Source of the DNA: Chrysomallon squamiferum
Lineage: Eukaryota; Animalia; Mollusca
Assembly: GCA_012295275.1 (NCBI GenBank)
Contig: CM022667.1
Span: forward strand, 15,004,001-15,068,000
Length of the DNA stretch: 64,000 nt
Direction of reading: 5' to 3'
The translations under genes and the position numbers were made by a program. Below, in pieces: positions 12,101-21,449 of this stretch. A model generated the notes under the pieces. That model was not told the origin of the DNA and searched no databases. It saw nothing but the letters and a program-made list of their open reading frames with translations. Position 1 is the stretch's first letter; the number at the start of each line of letters is the position of its first letter.

Positions 12101-15100
12101 TAAAAAGAGAAGTTTCTCCTTTGTTGTTTTTACTATTTACATCAACATCCTTTTCAGTCAGTGTTGTCACAATTTCTAGATTTCCTTGTCTAGCTGCTAA
12201 GTGTAAAGCAGAATTCTTACCGTCTGTCAAATTAGGATCAGTTCCTTGTTCCAGTAAGTAAGAAACTACTTTGTTGTTATGAAAGTACACACCTGGATGT
12301 TTGTAAAAATGATCTACGTTGGTTTCCAGAGCTGTAAAAAGAGGACTTTCACCTTTATTGTTTCTAATATTTACATCAGCACCCTTTTCAGTCAGAGCTG
12401 TCACAATTTCTGTATTTCCGTGTTCAGCTGCTTTGTGTAAAACAGAATTGCTATAATTGGTTGTTAAATTAGGATCAGCTCCATGTTCCAGTAAATAAAA
12501 AACTACTTGACATTTTTCATCTTTGAGAGATGGATCAAGCTTATCTTGATCATAGTTAACAGCTGCAAAAAGAGGAGTTTCACCTTTATTGTTTTTAACA
12601 TTTACATCCACACCTTTTTCAATCAGTGCTGTCACAATTTCTATATTTCCTTGTTTAGCTGCTAAGTGTAAAACTGAATTGTTATCATTGTCTGTTAAAT
12701 TAGGATCAGCTCCTTGTTCCAGTAAATAAAAAACTACCTTGTTATTATGGCAGCACATATTTGGGTGTTTGTAAAAATGATATTTGTAGTAATCCAGAGC
12801 CGTAAAAAGAGAAGTTTCTCCTTTGTTGTTTTTACTATTTACATCAACACCCTTTTCAGTCAGTGTTGTCACAATTTCTAGATTTCCTTGTCTAGCTGCT
12901 AAGTGTAAAACAGAATTCTTATCATTGTCTGTCAAATTAGGATCAGTTCCTTGTTCCAGTAAGTAAGAAACTACTTTGTTGTTATGAAAGTACACACCTG
13001 GATGTTTGTAAAAATGATCTACGTTGGTTTCCAGAGCTGTAAAAAGAGGACTTTCACCTTTATTGTTTCTAATATTTACATCAGCACCCTTTTCAGTCAG
13101 AGCTGTCACAATTTCTGTATTTCCGTGTTCAGCTGCTTTGTGTAAAACAGAATTGCTATAATTGGTTGTTAAATTAGGATCAGCTCCATGTTCCAGTAAA
13201 TAAAAAACTACTTGACATTTTTCATCTTTGCGAGATGGATCAAGCTTATCTTGATCATAGTTAACAGCTGCAAAAAGCGGAGTTTCACCTTTATTGTTTT
13301 TAACATTTACATCCACACCTTTTTCAATCAGTGCTGTCACAATTTCTATATTTCCTTGTTTAGCTGCTAAGTGTAAAACTGAATTGTTATCATTGTCTGT
13401 TAAATTAGGATCAGCTCCATGTTCCAGAAAATAAAGAAATACACTGTTTTGTTCAGTCAAAACAGCAATAAAAAGAGGAGTTACACCGTAACTGTTCTTA
13501 ATATTTGCATCAAAACCTTTTTCAATCAGTACTTTCACAATTTCTAGTAATGCATATTCAACTGCTATTTGTAAAACAGAATTGTTATCATTGTCTGTTA
13601 AATTAGGATCAGCTCCATGTTCCAGTAAGTAAGAAACTACTTGACATTTTTCATCAATCACACATAGAAAAAGTTCATCCTCACAATTAACAGCTGTGAA
13701 AAGAGGAGTTTCGCCTCTACTGTTTTTTACATTTAAATCAACTTCCTTTTCAGTCAGTGCTGTCACAATTTCTAGATTTCCATGTGCAGCTGCTTGGTGT
13801 AAAACAGAATTGTCTTCATTGTCAGTTAAATTAGGATCAGCTCCATGTTCCAGTAAATAAAAAACTACTTGACATTTTTCATCTTTGCGAGATGGATCAA
13901 GCTTATCTTGATCATAGTTAACAGCTGCAAAAAGCGGAGTTTCACCTTTATTGTTTTTAACATTTACATCCACACCTTTTTCAATCAGTGCTGTCACAAT
14001 TTCTATATTTCCTTGTTTAGCTGCTAAGTGTAAAACTGAATTGTTATCATTGTCTGTTAAATTAGGATCAGCTCCATGTTCCAGAAAATAAAGAAATACA
14101 CTGTTTTGTTCAGTCAAAACAGCAATAAAAAGAGGAGTTACACCGTAACTGTTCTTAATATTTGCATCAAAACCTTTTTCAATCAGTACTTTCACAATTT
14201 CTAGTAATGCATATTCAACTGCTATTTGTAAAACAGAATTGTTATCATTGTCTGTTAAATTAGGATCAGCTCCATGTTCCAGTAAGTAAGAAACTACTTG
14301 ACATTTTTCATCAATCACACATAGAAAAAGTTCATCCTCACAATTAACAGCTGTGAAAAGAGGAGTTTCGCCTCTACTGTTTTTTACATTTAAATCAACT
14401 TCCTTTTCAGTCAGTGCTGTCACAATTTCTAGATTTCCTTGTGCAGCTGCTTGGTGTAAAACAGAATTGTTATCATTGTCTGTCAAATTAGGATCAGCTC
14501 CATGTTCCAGTAAACATAAAACTACTTTGTTGAAACGAGAATACATATGCGGATGTATGCGAAAATGAGATTCGTGCTTATTCTGAGCTGTTAAATGAAA
14601 AGTTTCACCTGATTTGCTTTTAATCGTTACAAGAATGTCTTTTTCAATCAGTGATCTCACATCTTCTAAATTTCCTTGTCTGTCTGCTAGGTGTAAAACC
14701 GAATTGTTATTGTTTGTTAAATTAGGATCAGCTGGATCTTCCACAAATTTAAGTACGTTGTTCAGTTCGTAATTAACAGCTATAAAAAGAGGAGTTTCAC
14801 CTTTATTGTTTTTAATATTTAAATCAGTTCCTTTTTGAATTAGTGCTGTGACAATTTCTAAATTTCCTTGTTTAGCTGCTAGGTGTAAAACAGAATTGTT
14901 ATCATTGTCTGTTAAATTAGGATCAGCTCCATGTTCCAATAAATATAAAACTACTTTATTCCTACCAGGGAACAGCGTTGGTCGCTTATAATAAAGTAAT
15001 TCGAAGTTATTCAGAGCTGTAAAAAGACAGGTTTCACCTTTACTGTTTTTAATATTTATATCACTTCCTTTTCCAATCAGTGCAGTCACAATTTCTAAAT

Positions 15101-18100
15101 TTGCTTGTTCAGCTGCTAGGTGTAAAACAGATTGGTTATGATTGTCTGTTAAATTAGGATCAGCTCCTTGTGCCAGTAAATAAAGAACAACACTGTCGTT
15201 TTCATACAAAAGAGCACTAAGAATGGGAACTTCCCCGTCACTGTTTCTACAGTTTACATCAATTCCTTTTTCAATCAGTGTTCTAACAGTATCTAGATTT
15301 CCAACCTTAGCTGCTAAGTGCAAAACAGAATTGTTATCATTGTCTTTTATATTAAGATCAGCTCCATTTTCCAGTAAATAAAACATTACTTGACATTTTT
15401 CATCTTGCAGAGATAGAACACGTACATCATCGTAATGAACAGCTGTGAAAAGAGGAGTTTCACCTCTGATGTTTTTTATATTGACATCAAAACCCTGTTC
15501 AGTCAGTGCTGTCACAATATCTAGATTTCCTTGTTTAGCTGCTTGGTGTAAAACAGAATTGTTATCATTGTCTGTTAAATTAGGATCAGCTCCATGTTCC
15601 AGTAAATATGAAACTACTTTGTTTCTATGAGAGTACACATTTGGATGTTTATAAATGCGATATTCGTAGAAACTTAGAACTTTATAAAGAGGAGTTTGAC
15701 CTTCATTGTTCTTTGTATTTACATCAGTTCCTTTTTCAATCAGTGCTGTGATAACTTCTAAATTTGCTTGTTCAGCTGCTAGGTGTAAAAGAGAATTGCT
15801 ATTATTATCTTTTAAATTAGGATCAGCTCCATGTTCCAGTAAATAATGAATTACATGGTTCAGTTCGTAAGTAACAGCTGTAAAAAGAGGAGTTTCCCCT
15901 TTATTATTTTTAATATTTACCTCAATACCTTTTTCAATCAGTGGTGTCATAATTTCTAGATTTCCTTGCTCAGCTGCTACATGTAAAACAGAATTGTTTT
16001 CATTGTCTGCTATGTAAGGATCAGCTCCATGTTCAAGTAAGTAAGAAGCTACGTCGTTATCATGACAGTACTCATCTGGATGGTTGTAAATATGATATCT
16101 GTTATTTTTCAGATTTGTAAAAAGAGGAGTTTCACCTTTGTCATTTTTAATATTTACATCAAAGCCTTTTTCAGTCAATACTGTCACAATATCTAAATTT
16201 GAATCTTTAGCAGCTATGTGCAAAACAGAATTGTTATCGTCGTCTCTTAAATTAGGATCAGCTCCATGTTCCAGTAAATAAAGAAGTACATTTTGTTGTT
16301 CATACACAAGAGCTGTTGAAAGAGGAGTTTCTCCGAAGTCATTTTTAATATTTATATCACTTCCTTTTTCAATCAGTGCTGTCACAATTTCAACATTGTC
16401 TTGTTCAGCTGCTAGGTGTAAAACAGAATTGTTATCATTGTCTGTTAATTTAGGATCAGCTCCTTGTTCCAGTAAATAAAAAACTAGTTGACATTTTTCA
16501 TCATTCAGAGATGGATCAGGTTCATCTCCATCATAATGAAGAGCTGTAAAAAGAGGAGTTTCACCTCGATTGTTTTTAATATTTACAACAAAACCTTTTT
16601 CAATGAGAGCAGTCACAATTTCTATATTTCCATATTTAGCTGCTACATGTAGAACAGAATTATTATCATTGTCTGTTAAATTTGGATCAGCTCCATGTTC
16701 CAGTAAATAAGAAACTACATTGTTCTGTTGAAACTTAACAGCATAAAAAAGATACGTTTTACCTTCACTATTTTTAATATTTACATCAAAACCTTTTTCA
16801 ATCAATGCTGTCATAGTTTCTGTATCTCCCTTTTTAGCTGCTGAATCAAATTTGTCAATGTCTGTTAAATTAGGATCAGCTCCATGTTGCAATAAATATG
16901 AAATTACCTTACTCTGACCAACATTCCCAAATGGATGAAGTTCACTTTCATAATTAACAGCTAGAAAAAGAGGAGTTTCACACTGACTGTTTTTTATATT
17001 TACATCAAAATCTTTTTCAATAAGAGCAGTAACAATTTCTAGATTTCCATATTTAGCTGCTAGGTGTAAAACAGAATTTTTATCATTGTCTGTTAAATTA
17101 GGATCAGCTCCATTTTTAAGTAAGTAAGAAGCTATTTCTGGTCTGTTATTTTTTAAGGCCAAAAAAAGAGGAGTTTCTCCTTCAGTGTTAATTACATTTA
17201 TTTCAACACCCTTTTTTGTTAGTTTTTTCACTACATCTATGTCAATTTGAGATGCTATGTGCAATGCTGAATTTTTTTGTTTATCCATAATTTCACTATC
17301 AGCACCATTTTCGAGTAACAACAAAGCTACTTCCTTTCTGTGTATCACTGCTTTTACAGCTTCATGAAGTGGAGTTTCTCCCTCACTGTTTACTGCATTA
17401 ACATTAGCATTTTTCTTTATCAGTGATTTTAACACATCTAAGTCACCCCGCAGAACTGAAATGTGGAGAGTTGAATCTGAAGGCAACAATTTAAAACTAG
17501 ATTTATCTTCATAGAGCCGTTTCAATCTTGTTTTGTCATCAGAAAACATTTTTGATCTAATTTCGTGATCATGCAACAGTTTTGATCTAATTTCCTCTTT
17601 AAAGAATTCAGTCAAATTCAGGTGAACAGCTACATTCACATTAGGATCAGCTCCTTTGTCAAGAAGAGACTGAACAACATCTACTCTGTTAAACAGTACT
17701 GCTACGTTCAGTACTTGACTTTTCTTCCAGTTGTTCTCATCTTTATCATTATGTCTCTGCTCAATGAGAAAATTCACTGTGTCAGTAGATCCCCATATAG
17801 CTGCTGCTAAAAGTACTTTATCTCTGTTCTCATCATTTAAACAATCAGGTTTCAGCTTTACTACTTCTTTTATAACAACTGAAGTACTCTGACAAGCAGC
17901 AACGATAACAATGTCTTTATTTGTGTTTATTACATCAGTGGTAACTAGTTTCTTAAAAAGGTGGCTTACTTCAAAAGTCTTATATTGTTCTAGACTTAGT
18001 TGTTGATGGAACCTAACTAATAACAGTTTCACAGCTTTTTTCTTGATTTCACCGTTTTGTTTCTCATTGTTTATCATGTCAGCCAACAGACAGGCAATAT

Positions 18101-20412
18101 TCATGTTTCCCGAACAAATTGAAATATGTAACAAGCGGGAACACAGAGTTAATTTTTCCTCTTTTGTATACTTTAATAGTTCTTTGAGTACTGTAGCACT
18201 GTCTGTTTTTGAACAAGCAGCTGTACTGAATGTATCAAATGTTGGCGTAACACCTCCTTTTAGCAACATTCTCACAATATCTTCATCACCAAACAAGCAA
18301 GACATATCTAAAAGTTCTTTTTTCACAGATATTAATTTCATTTTACACAGATGTGATGTGAAAAATCTTGACAATGTTCTTTGTCCATTTACAATACATT
18401 CACTTGGAACAGATGATGAAAATTTAATTTTTTTTTCAACTTTCACGAACCACGTATAACTAGAATTAAACTTTGAATCATTGTCAAGAAGACGAGAGAT
18501 ATTTCTAAATATTTCATCAGCTGTATCTTCATGTACACATGATATATATGGATATTTTCTTTCATCGGACATCAAGTAATCGTCATCGTTATGAAAAGCA
18601 TACACTCTCTGATTCAGTATTTCAGACAATCTACCATAAAAGTCCTTTTTTCTTTATGAGATATTCTAAAAATTCTTCATCTTTCAGTGATGGATGTGAT
18701 GTAATTTCTCCAGCATTGTTTGATGCCAGCAAATCAGTAAATCTGCGAGCAAGAATATCAAAGGAGTCAGGTTTCACAGTCAGTGTAATGTGACTTTTGT
18801 TAGACACTCCAGGCGTCACAATATATTCTAGCAACATGGAGACAGGACACATTTCTAACAATTCTACTGCTTTTTTTGGAAACTTTGATGAAAATATCAG
18901 AAACAAAGTGTCAAACACTGACTGATGAATAAATGTGTATTCATTATCACAACGCTTCAAAAAGGTACCACACATTAAATCAGCTGTTTCCTGTATACCT
19001 GTAAGAGTGGTGTCTTTTAGATTCTGACAGACCAGCTCTAACACCCTTATTAATTTCATTATGTCACTGTTCTTTTGAGATGGGTCCAGTGAGTCAATGC
19101 TGAGACTGCCTTGTTTGAACATGATCAACAGTAAAACCAGGTAATTAATTTGTAAAGTTTTGTCACTTTTCAACTTTTCCAGCTCTTTTCTGAGATATTC
19201 TACAGGTTTCCTAAAAAACTCAGCTCTTCTTTTTTGTGCATTACTTGAATTAACATAAAATACACACACCTGAGGAAATCCTAATTCTTTACATGAAGTT
19301 TTAATGACAGTGCTTTTATCATTTTCTTCCATTTTAACATCCTTTTGTTTGAGATATTTGTTTAGAATGTTTTCCTTTTCACGATAATTCAGACAACAGT
19401 CATCACTCTGCAGATCAAGAATATGATTCTCATTAAACACACCAAATTCTTTTAAATAAATTTCACTTTCCGAAAATATTTGTTTTCTTAAAGTAATAAT
19501 ACATTTCAAGTAATCATCCTGAACAAGATTCCACATCTTTGGAAATTTCTGTTTCCACGATTCTATAAAGTTTGAAACAAGATTAGTCTTACCAAATATA
19601 TCATCAATGAGAACAACACTTTTCTTATTTCTAGACAGAGAAATGTCATTGAATTCATAGTGATGAGTCAGGAAGTAAGATTCTCTTTTTTCTTCTTGTT
19701 CTATCTTTCTCATCATGCTCAGAGCTAGAGTTGTCTTTCCTGAACCTGGACTTCCAATTACAATCACAACACCATTCGTCTTCAAAAGTGTAATACCCTT
19801 TTCCTCTGCTCTTGTTTCAACGTAGACATTTCTGTCAACTGAGTTTAACATTGACCTGGTAGACTCTGAATCACAACATTTAAAAATAACTCATCTGTTA
19901 TTAATTGTTTTGAACATGTCTTACTGTTTAAATACACATGATATAATTTATCATCTGAGGTGAAGGTTTTAAAAAAAAATGCAATAGTTTGTTGTTATAA
20001 CTTTATCAGTATTTAAGGATGATAATAAGATGTCTCAAATTTAGATTGTGTAAAAGTGAGGTGGTGTTTATCTTGTTATTGATGAACATCTCTGAAAACT
20101 TTACAGATAATAATAATAATAATAATATATATATATACACACACACGTACCTTTGATATTGGATGCTCGTCCATCAATCTTTGCTGAAATAATATAAGAA
20201 TAAAACAATTAAGTTTATATTATTGATGTTCAGTAAAACAGAATCATTAAAGTGATCTGTACAACTACTCTATACTTTATTCACGAAAGAGTAAACATAT
20301 AGCATTATTATTATTCTATTTTTGTTATTGATTTTATATAATTAATCTTGCTTTTATGAAAACTACTGCTGTTGTTTTTAACACTAATGCTATTCATTTA
20401 TTGTTATTGTTG

Positions 20413-20483
<71 letters not shown>

Positions 20484-21449
20484 GTAGTTGTTGCTGTTGT
20501 TACATGTACCAGACATTATATTTCAGTATTTACAGGTGATATTACTGACACGCATATAATCTTGTTTAACTCATGTTGAGTCATATTAACAGTTTAAACA
20601 AAAAAATCTGGATCAGTTTATCATACATACACGATGACTATATTTGTGTTTGTGTGTCCATTGCATGTCTGCATGAATAAGTGTGCATGTACATGTTTTG
20701 TGTATGTGCTAAGTTTATATACATGTACTTTTGTATGTGCTGTTTCTATGTTTGTATGTGCATGTTTCTTCAGGTCACGGTGTCTGACAGAAAAGTACTA
20801 ATGTCTACTGTCACGTGTATTCTGTTATATATTAAACAAGCAGAGAGAAGAAAACTTTTAGTTTTTAACTTACTAATTTCAACAACTTGATTTCCTAACA
20901 CAACATTCTTGCTATTAGACACAGTGAGGGAATTCTGAACTGTGCTGACATTTACATTATATTCTTCCACTGGTTGTGTTCTTCCAGTATCTTTGTCAAC
21001 AGAGTAAAAGAAATTATATAAATTCACTGTTTATAAATATAATTTCTAAAATCATTTATCTACAGGTATAGGTATGACAGTGTACAGTATTAGTACAATC
21101 TGTTTTAACCTTATTACTGAATATAACAACAAAATTATACATTTTAAACAAATTGTTTAATATTGTTAAATAATTACGTATAAAATAGTAATTAATTAAA
21201 TAAATAATAAGAATTGTATATTTTCTAACGAAAAACAGACAAAAATCTTTGAATCGTTAATTTATCATGACTATAAAACAAAAAAAAAAGTGACATCTTT
21301 CAAAGACTAACCAAAAAGAAAGAAGAAAAATAAAGAGAATAAACATGAATTGAAATACTTCATTATTAAAGATTAAATAATTTTGTCATACTCTCTGGCA
21401 CATCTGTGGTGTTAGATGAACTTTCTGAAATCTCTGATGTGTCATCCAT
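8884..21449 (-). CDS. Copy A: multi-exon NLR-like gene (RHIM-like motif - STAND/nSTAND3-like NTPase - ~75-80 ankyrin repeats). About 3729 aa if two 1-nt frameshifts are repaired; may be a recent pseudogene
   Basis: Predicted exons 21449-21392, 20990-20874, 20183-20151 and 19865-8884 are all joined by phase-1 GT..AG introns conserved in copy B. The ORF-track pieces 18631-19851, 9159-18629 and 8884-9132 become one frame after removing an extra C at 18644/18645 and restoring one A at 9167-9169. Confidence 0.85.
9159..18629 (-). CDS. Copy A helical linker plus long ankyrin-repeat array (3156-aa open frame)
   Basis: Dozens of GETPLF / NSVLHLAA..G..EIV..L.EKG.DVN ankyrin motifs. Continuous with the NTPase in copy B (…IKKKDFYGRLSEIL…). 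Confidence 0.95.
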   Translation of the reverse strand: MSEILNQRVYAFHNDDDYLMSDERKYPYISCVHEDTADEIFRNISRLLDNDSKFNSSYTWFVKVEKKIKFSSSVPSECIVNGQRTLSRFFTSHLCKMKLISVKKELLDMSCLFGDEDIVRMLLKGGVTPTFDTFSTAACSKTDSATVLKELLKYTKEEKLTLCSRLLHISICSGNMNIACLLADMINNEKQNGEIKKKAVKLLLVRFHQQLSLEQYKTFEVSHLFKKLVTTDVINTNKDIVIVAACQSTSVVIKEVVKLKPDCLNDENRDKVLLAAAIWGSTDTVNFLIEQRHNDKDENNWKKSQVLNVAVLFNRVDVVQSLLDKGADPNVNVAVHLNLTEFFKEEIRSKLLHDHEIRSKMFSDDKTRLKRLYEDKSSFKLLPSDSTLHISVLRGDLDVLKSLIKKNANVNAVNSEGETPLHEAVKAVIHRKEVALLLLENGADSEIMDKQKNSALHIASQIDIDVVKKLTKKGVEINVINTEGETPLFLALKNNRPEIASYLLKNGADPNLTDNDKNSVLHLAAKYGNLEIVTALIEKDFDVNIKNSQCETPLFLAVNYESELHPFGNVGQSKVISYLLQHGADPNLTDIDKFDSAAKKGDTETMTALIEKGFDVNIKNSEGKTYLFYAVKFQQNNVVSYLLEHGADPNLTDNDNNSVLHVAAKYGNIEIVTALIEKGFVVNIKNNRGETPLFTALHYDGDEPDPSLNDEKCQLVFYLLEQGADPKLTDNDNNSVLHLAAEQDNVEIVTALIEKGSDINIKNDFGETPLSTALVYEQQNVLLYLLEHGADPNLRDDDNNSVLHIAAKDSNLDIVTVLTEKGFDVNIKNDKGETPLFTNLKNNRYHIYNHPDEYCHDNDVASYLLEHGADPYIADNENNSVLHVAAEQGNLEIMTPLIEKGIEVNIKNNKGETPLFTAVTYELNHVIHYLLEHGADPNLKDNNSNSLLHLAAEQANLEVITALIEKGTDVNTKNNEGQTPLYKVLSFYEYRIYKHPNVYSHRNKVVSYLLEHGADPNLTDNDNNSVLHQAAKQGNLDIVTALTEQGFDVNIKNIRGETPLFTAVHYDDVRVLSLQDEKCQVMFYLLENGADLNIKDNDNNSVLHLAAKVGNLDTVRTLIEKGIDVNCRNSDGEVPILSALLYENDSVVLYLLAQGADPNLTDNHNQSVLHLAAEQANLEIVTALIGKGSDINIKNSKGETCLFTALNNFELLYYKRPTLFPGRNKVVLYLLEHGADPNLTDNDNNSVLHLAAKQGNLEIVTALIQKGTDLNIKNNKGETPLFIAVNYELNNVLKFVEDPADPNLTNNNNSVLHLADRQGNLEDVRSLIEKDILVTIKSKSGETFHLTAQNKHESHFRIHPHMYSRFNKVVLCLLEHGADPNLTDNDNNSVLHQAAAQGNLEIVTALTEKEVDLNVKNSRGETPLFTAVNCEDELFLCVIDEKCQVVSYLLEHGADPNLTDNDNNSVLQIAVEYALLEIVKVLIEKGFDANIKNSYGVTPLFIAVLTEQNSVFLYFLEHGADPNLTDNDNNSVLHLAAKQGNIEIVTALIEKGVDVNVKNNKGETPLFAAVNYDQDKLDPSRKDEKCQVVFYLLEHGADPNLTDNEDNSVLHQAAAHGNLEIVTALTEKEVDLNVKNSRGETPLFTAVNCEDELFLCVIDEKCQVVSYLLEHGADPNLTDNDNNSVLQIAVEYALLEIVKVLIEKGFDANIKNSYGVTPLFIAVLTEQNSVFLYFLEHGADPNLTDNDNNSVLHLAAKQGNIEIVTALIEKGVDVNVKNNKGETPLFAAVNYDQDKLDPSRKDEKCQVVFYLLEHGADPNLTTNYSNSVLHKAAEHGNTEIVTALTEKGADVNIRNNKGESPLFTALETNVDHFYKHPGVYFHNNKVVSYLLEQGTDPNLTDNDKNSVLHLAARQGNLEIVTTLTEKGVDVNSKNNKGETSLFTALDYYKYHFYKHPNMCCHNNKVVFYLLEQGADPNLTDNDNNSVLHLAAKQGNIEIVTALIEKGVDVNVKNNKGETPLFAAVNYDQDKLDPSLKDEKCQVVFYLLEHGADPNLTTNYSNSVLHKAAEHGNTEIVTALTEKGADVNIRNNKGESPLFTALETNVDHFYKHPGVYFHNNKVVSYLLEQGTDPNLTDGKNSALHLAARQGNLEIVTTLTEKDVDVNSKNNKGETSLFTALDYYNYHLYKHPNMCYHNNKVVFYLLEHGADPNLTDNEDNSVLHLAAECGSIEMVTALIEKGVDVNFINFRGETPLFKAVNYDTHELDPSVNDKKCEVILYLLQHGVDPNSTDKHNNSALHLAAKHGHIQRVIALTEKGVDVNIKNNKGETPLFIAVNYDQDDLDPCLNDEKCQVVFYLLELGGDPNLTDNNNNSVLHLAAKHGNLEIVTALVEKGVDVNVKNNKGETPLFAAVNYEQDKLDPSLKDEKCQVVFYLLEHGADPNLTTNYSNSVLHKAAEHGNTEIVTALTEKGADVNIRNNKGESPLFTALETNVDHFYKHPGVYFHNNKVVSYLLEQGTDPNLTDNDKNSALHLAARQGNLEIVTTLTEKGVDVNSKNNKGETSLFTALDYYNYHLYKHPNMCYHNNKVVFYLLEHGADPNLTDNEDNSVLHLAAECGSIEMVTALIEKGVDVNFINFRGETPLFKAVNYDTHELDPSVNDKKCEVILYLLQHGVDPNSTDKHNNSALHLAAKHGHIQRVIALTEKGVDVNIKNNKGETPLFIAVNYDQDDLDPCLNDEKCQVVFYLLELGGDPNLTDNNNNSVLHLAAKHGNLEIVTALVEKGLDVNIKNNRGETPLCSALEINEDNFYKHRGLYFDNNKVVSYLLDHGADPNLTDNNDNSVLHLAAKHGSLDIVIELIEKGVDINIKNNKGETPLFTAANYDQDDLDSCLNDEKCQVVLYLLELGGDPNLTNNNNNSVLHLAAKHGNLEIVTALVEKGLDVNIKNNRGETPLCTALETNEDHFYKHRGVHFDNNKVVSYLLDHGADPNLTDNDDNSVLHLAAEYGSIEVVTALIEKGVDVNFINSQGETPLFKAVNYDTHELDPSLNDEKCQIVFYLLEQGAHPCLTDNDNNSVLHVAAKYGNLDIVTALTEKGFDVNVKNSRGETPLFTALNNYECNFYKHPNVHSRMNKVVLYLLEHGADPNLIDSANNSVYT
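18631..19865 (-). CDS. Copy A STAND NTPase module (nSTAND3-like)
   Basis: Walker A GSPGSGKTT, Walker B VVLIDDIFG, sensor-1-like IITLR, GxP (GFPQ), winged-helix FIHQSVFD. Acceptor gattcag| at 19866. Ends at a frameshift-derived TAG at 18631. Confidence 0.85.
20151..20183 (-). CDS. Copy A 33-nt microexon (KIDGRASNIK)
   Basis: atttcag|CAAAG...CAAAG|gtacgt, phase 1-1. Near-identical in copy B (44299-44267) while the flanks diverge. Confidence 0.75.
20874..20990 (-). CDS. Copy A 117-nt exon encoding a RHIM-like motif (..YNVNVSTVQNSLTVSNSKNVVLGNQVVEI)
   Basis: Pyrimidine tract + aag| acceptor, ATTA|gtaagt donor, symmetric phase 1-1. Open and the same length in copy B (44932-44816). Confidence 0.75.
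21392..21449 (-). CDS. Copy A first coding exon (MDDTSEISESSSNTTDVPE)
   Basis: Acceptor ttgtttacag| before 21459, ATG in GCCAATATGG context, donor GAGA|gtatga. 58 nt (phase 1). Paralogous exon at 45351-45288. Confidence 0.7.

Noticed and set aside
9159-17300. Bacterial endosymbiont (Wolbachia-like) or viral ankyrin gene / contamination
   Set aside because: Conserved spliceosomal introns, animal transposons and microsatellite-rich flanks indicate a host nuclear gene.
9159-18629. Treating the 3156-aa ORF as a stand-alone ankyrin gene
   Set aside because: It starts at a TTG immediately after the frameshift, and copy B shows it is continuous with the NTPase.
9751-18793. Short plus-strand ORFs inside the ankyrin/linker exon (also 38586-39186 and 42301-42585)
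   Set aside because: Antisense shadows of the repetitive minus-strand CDS.
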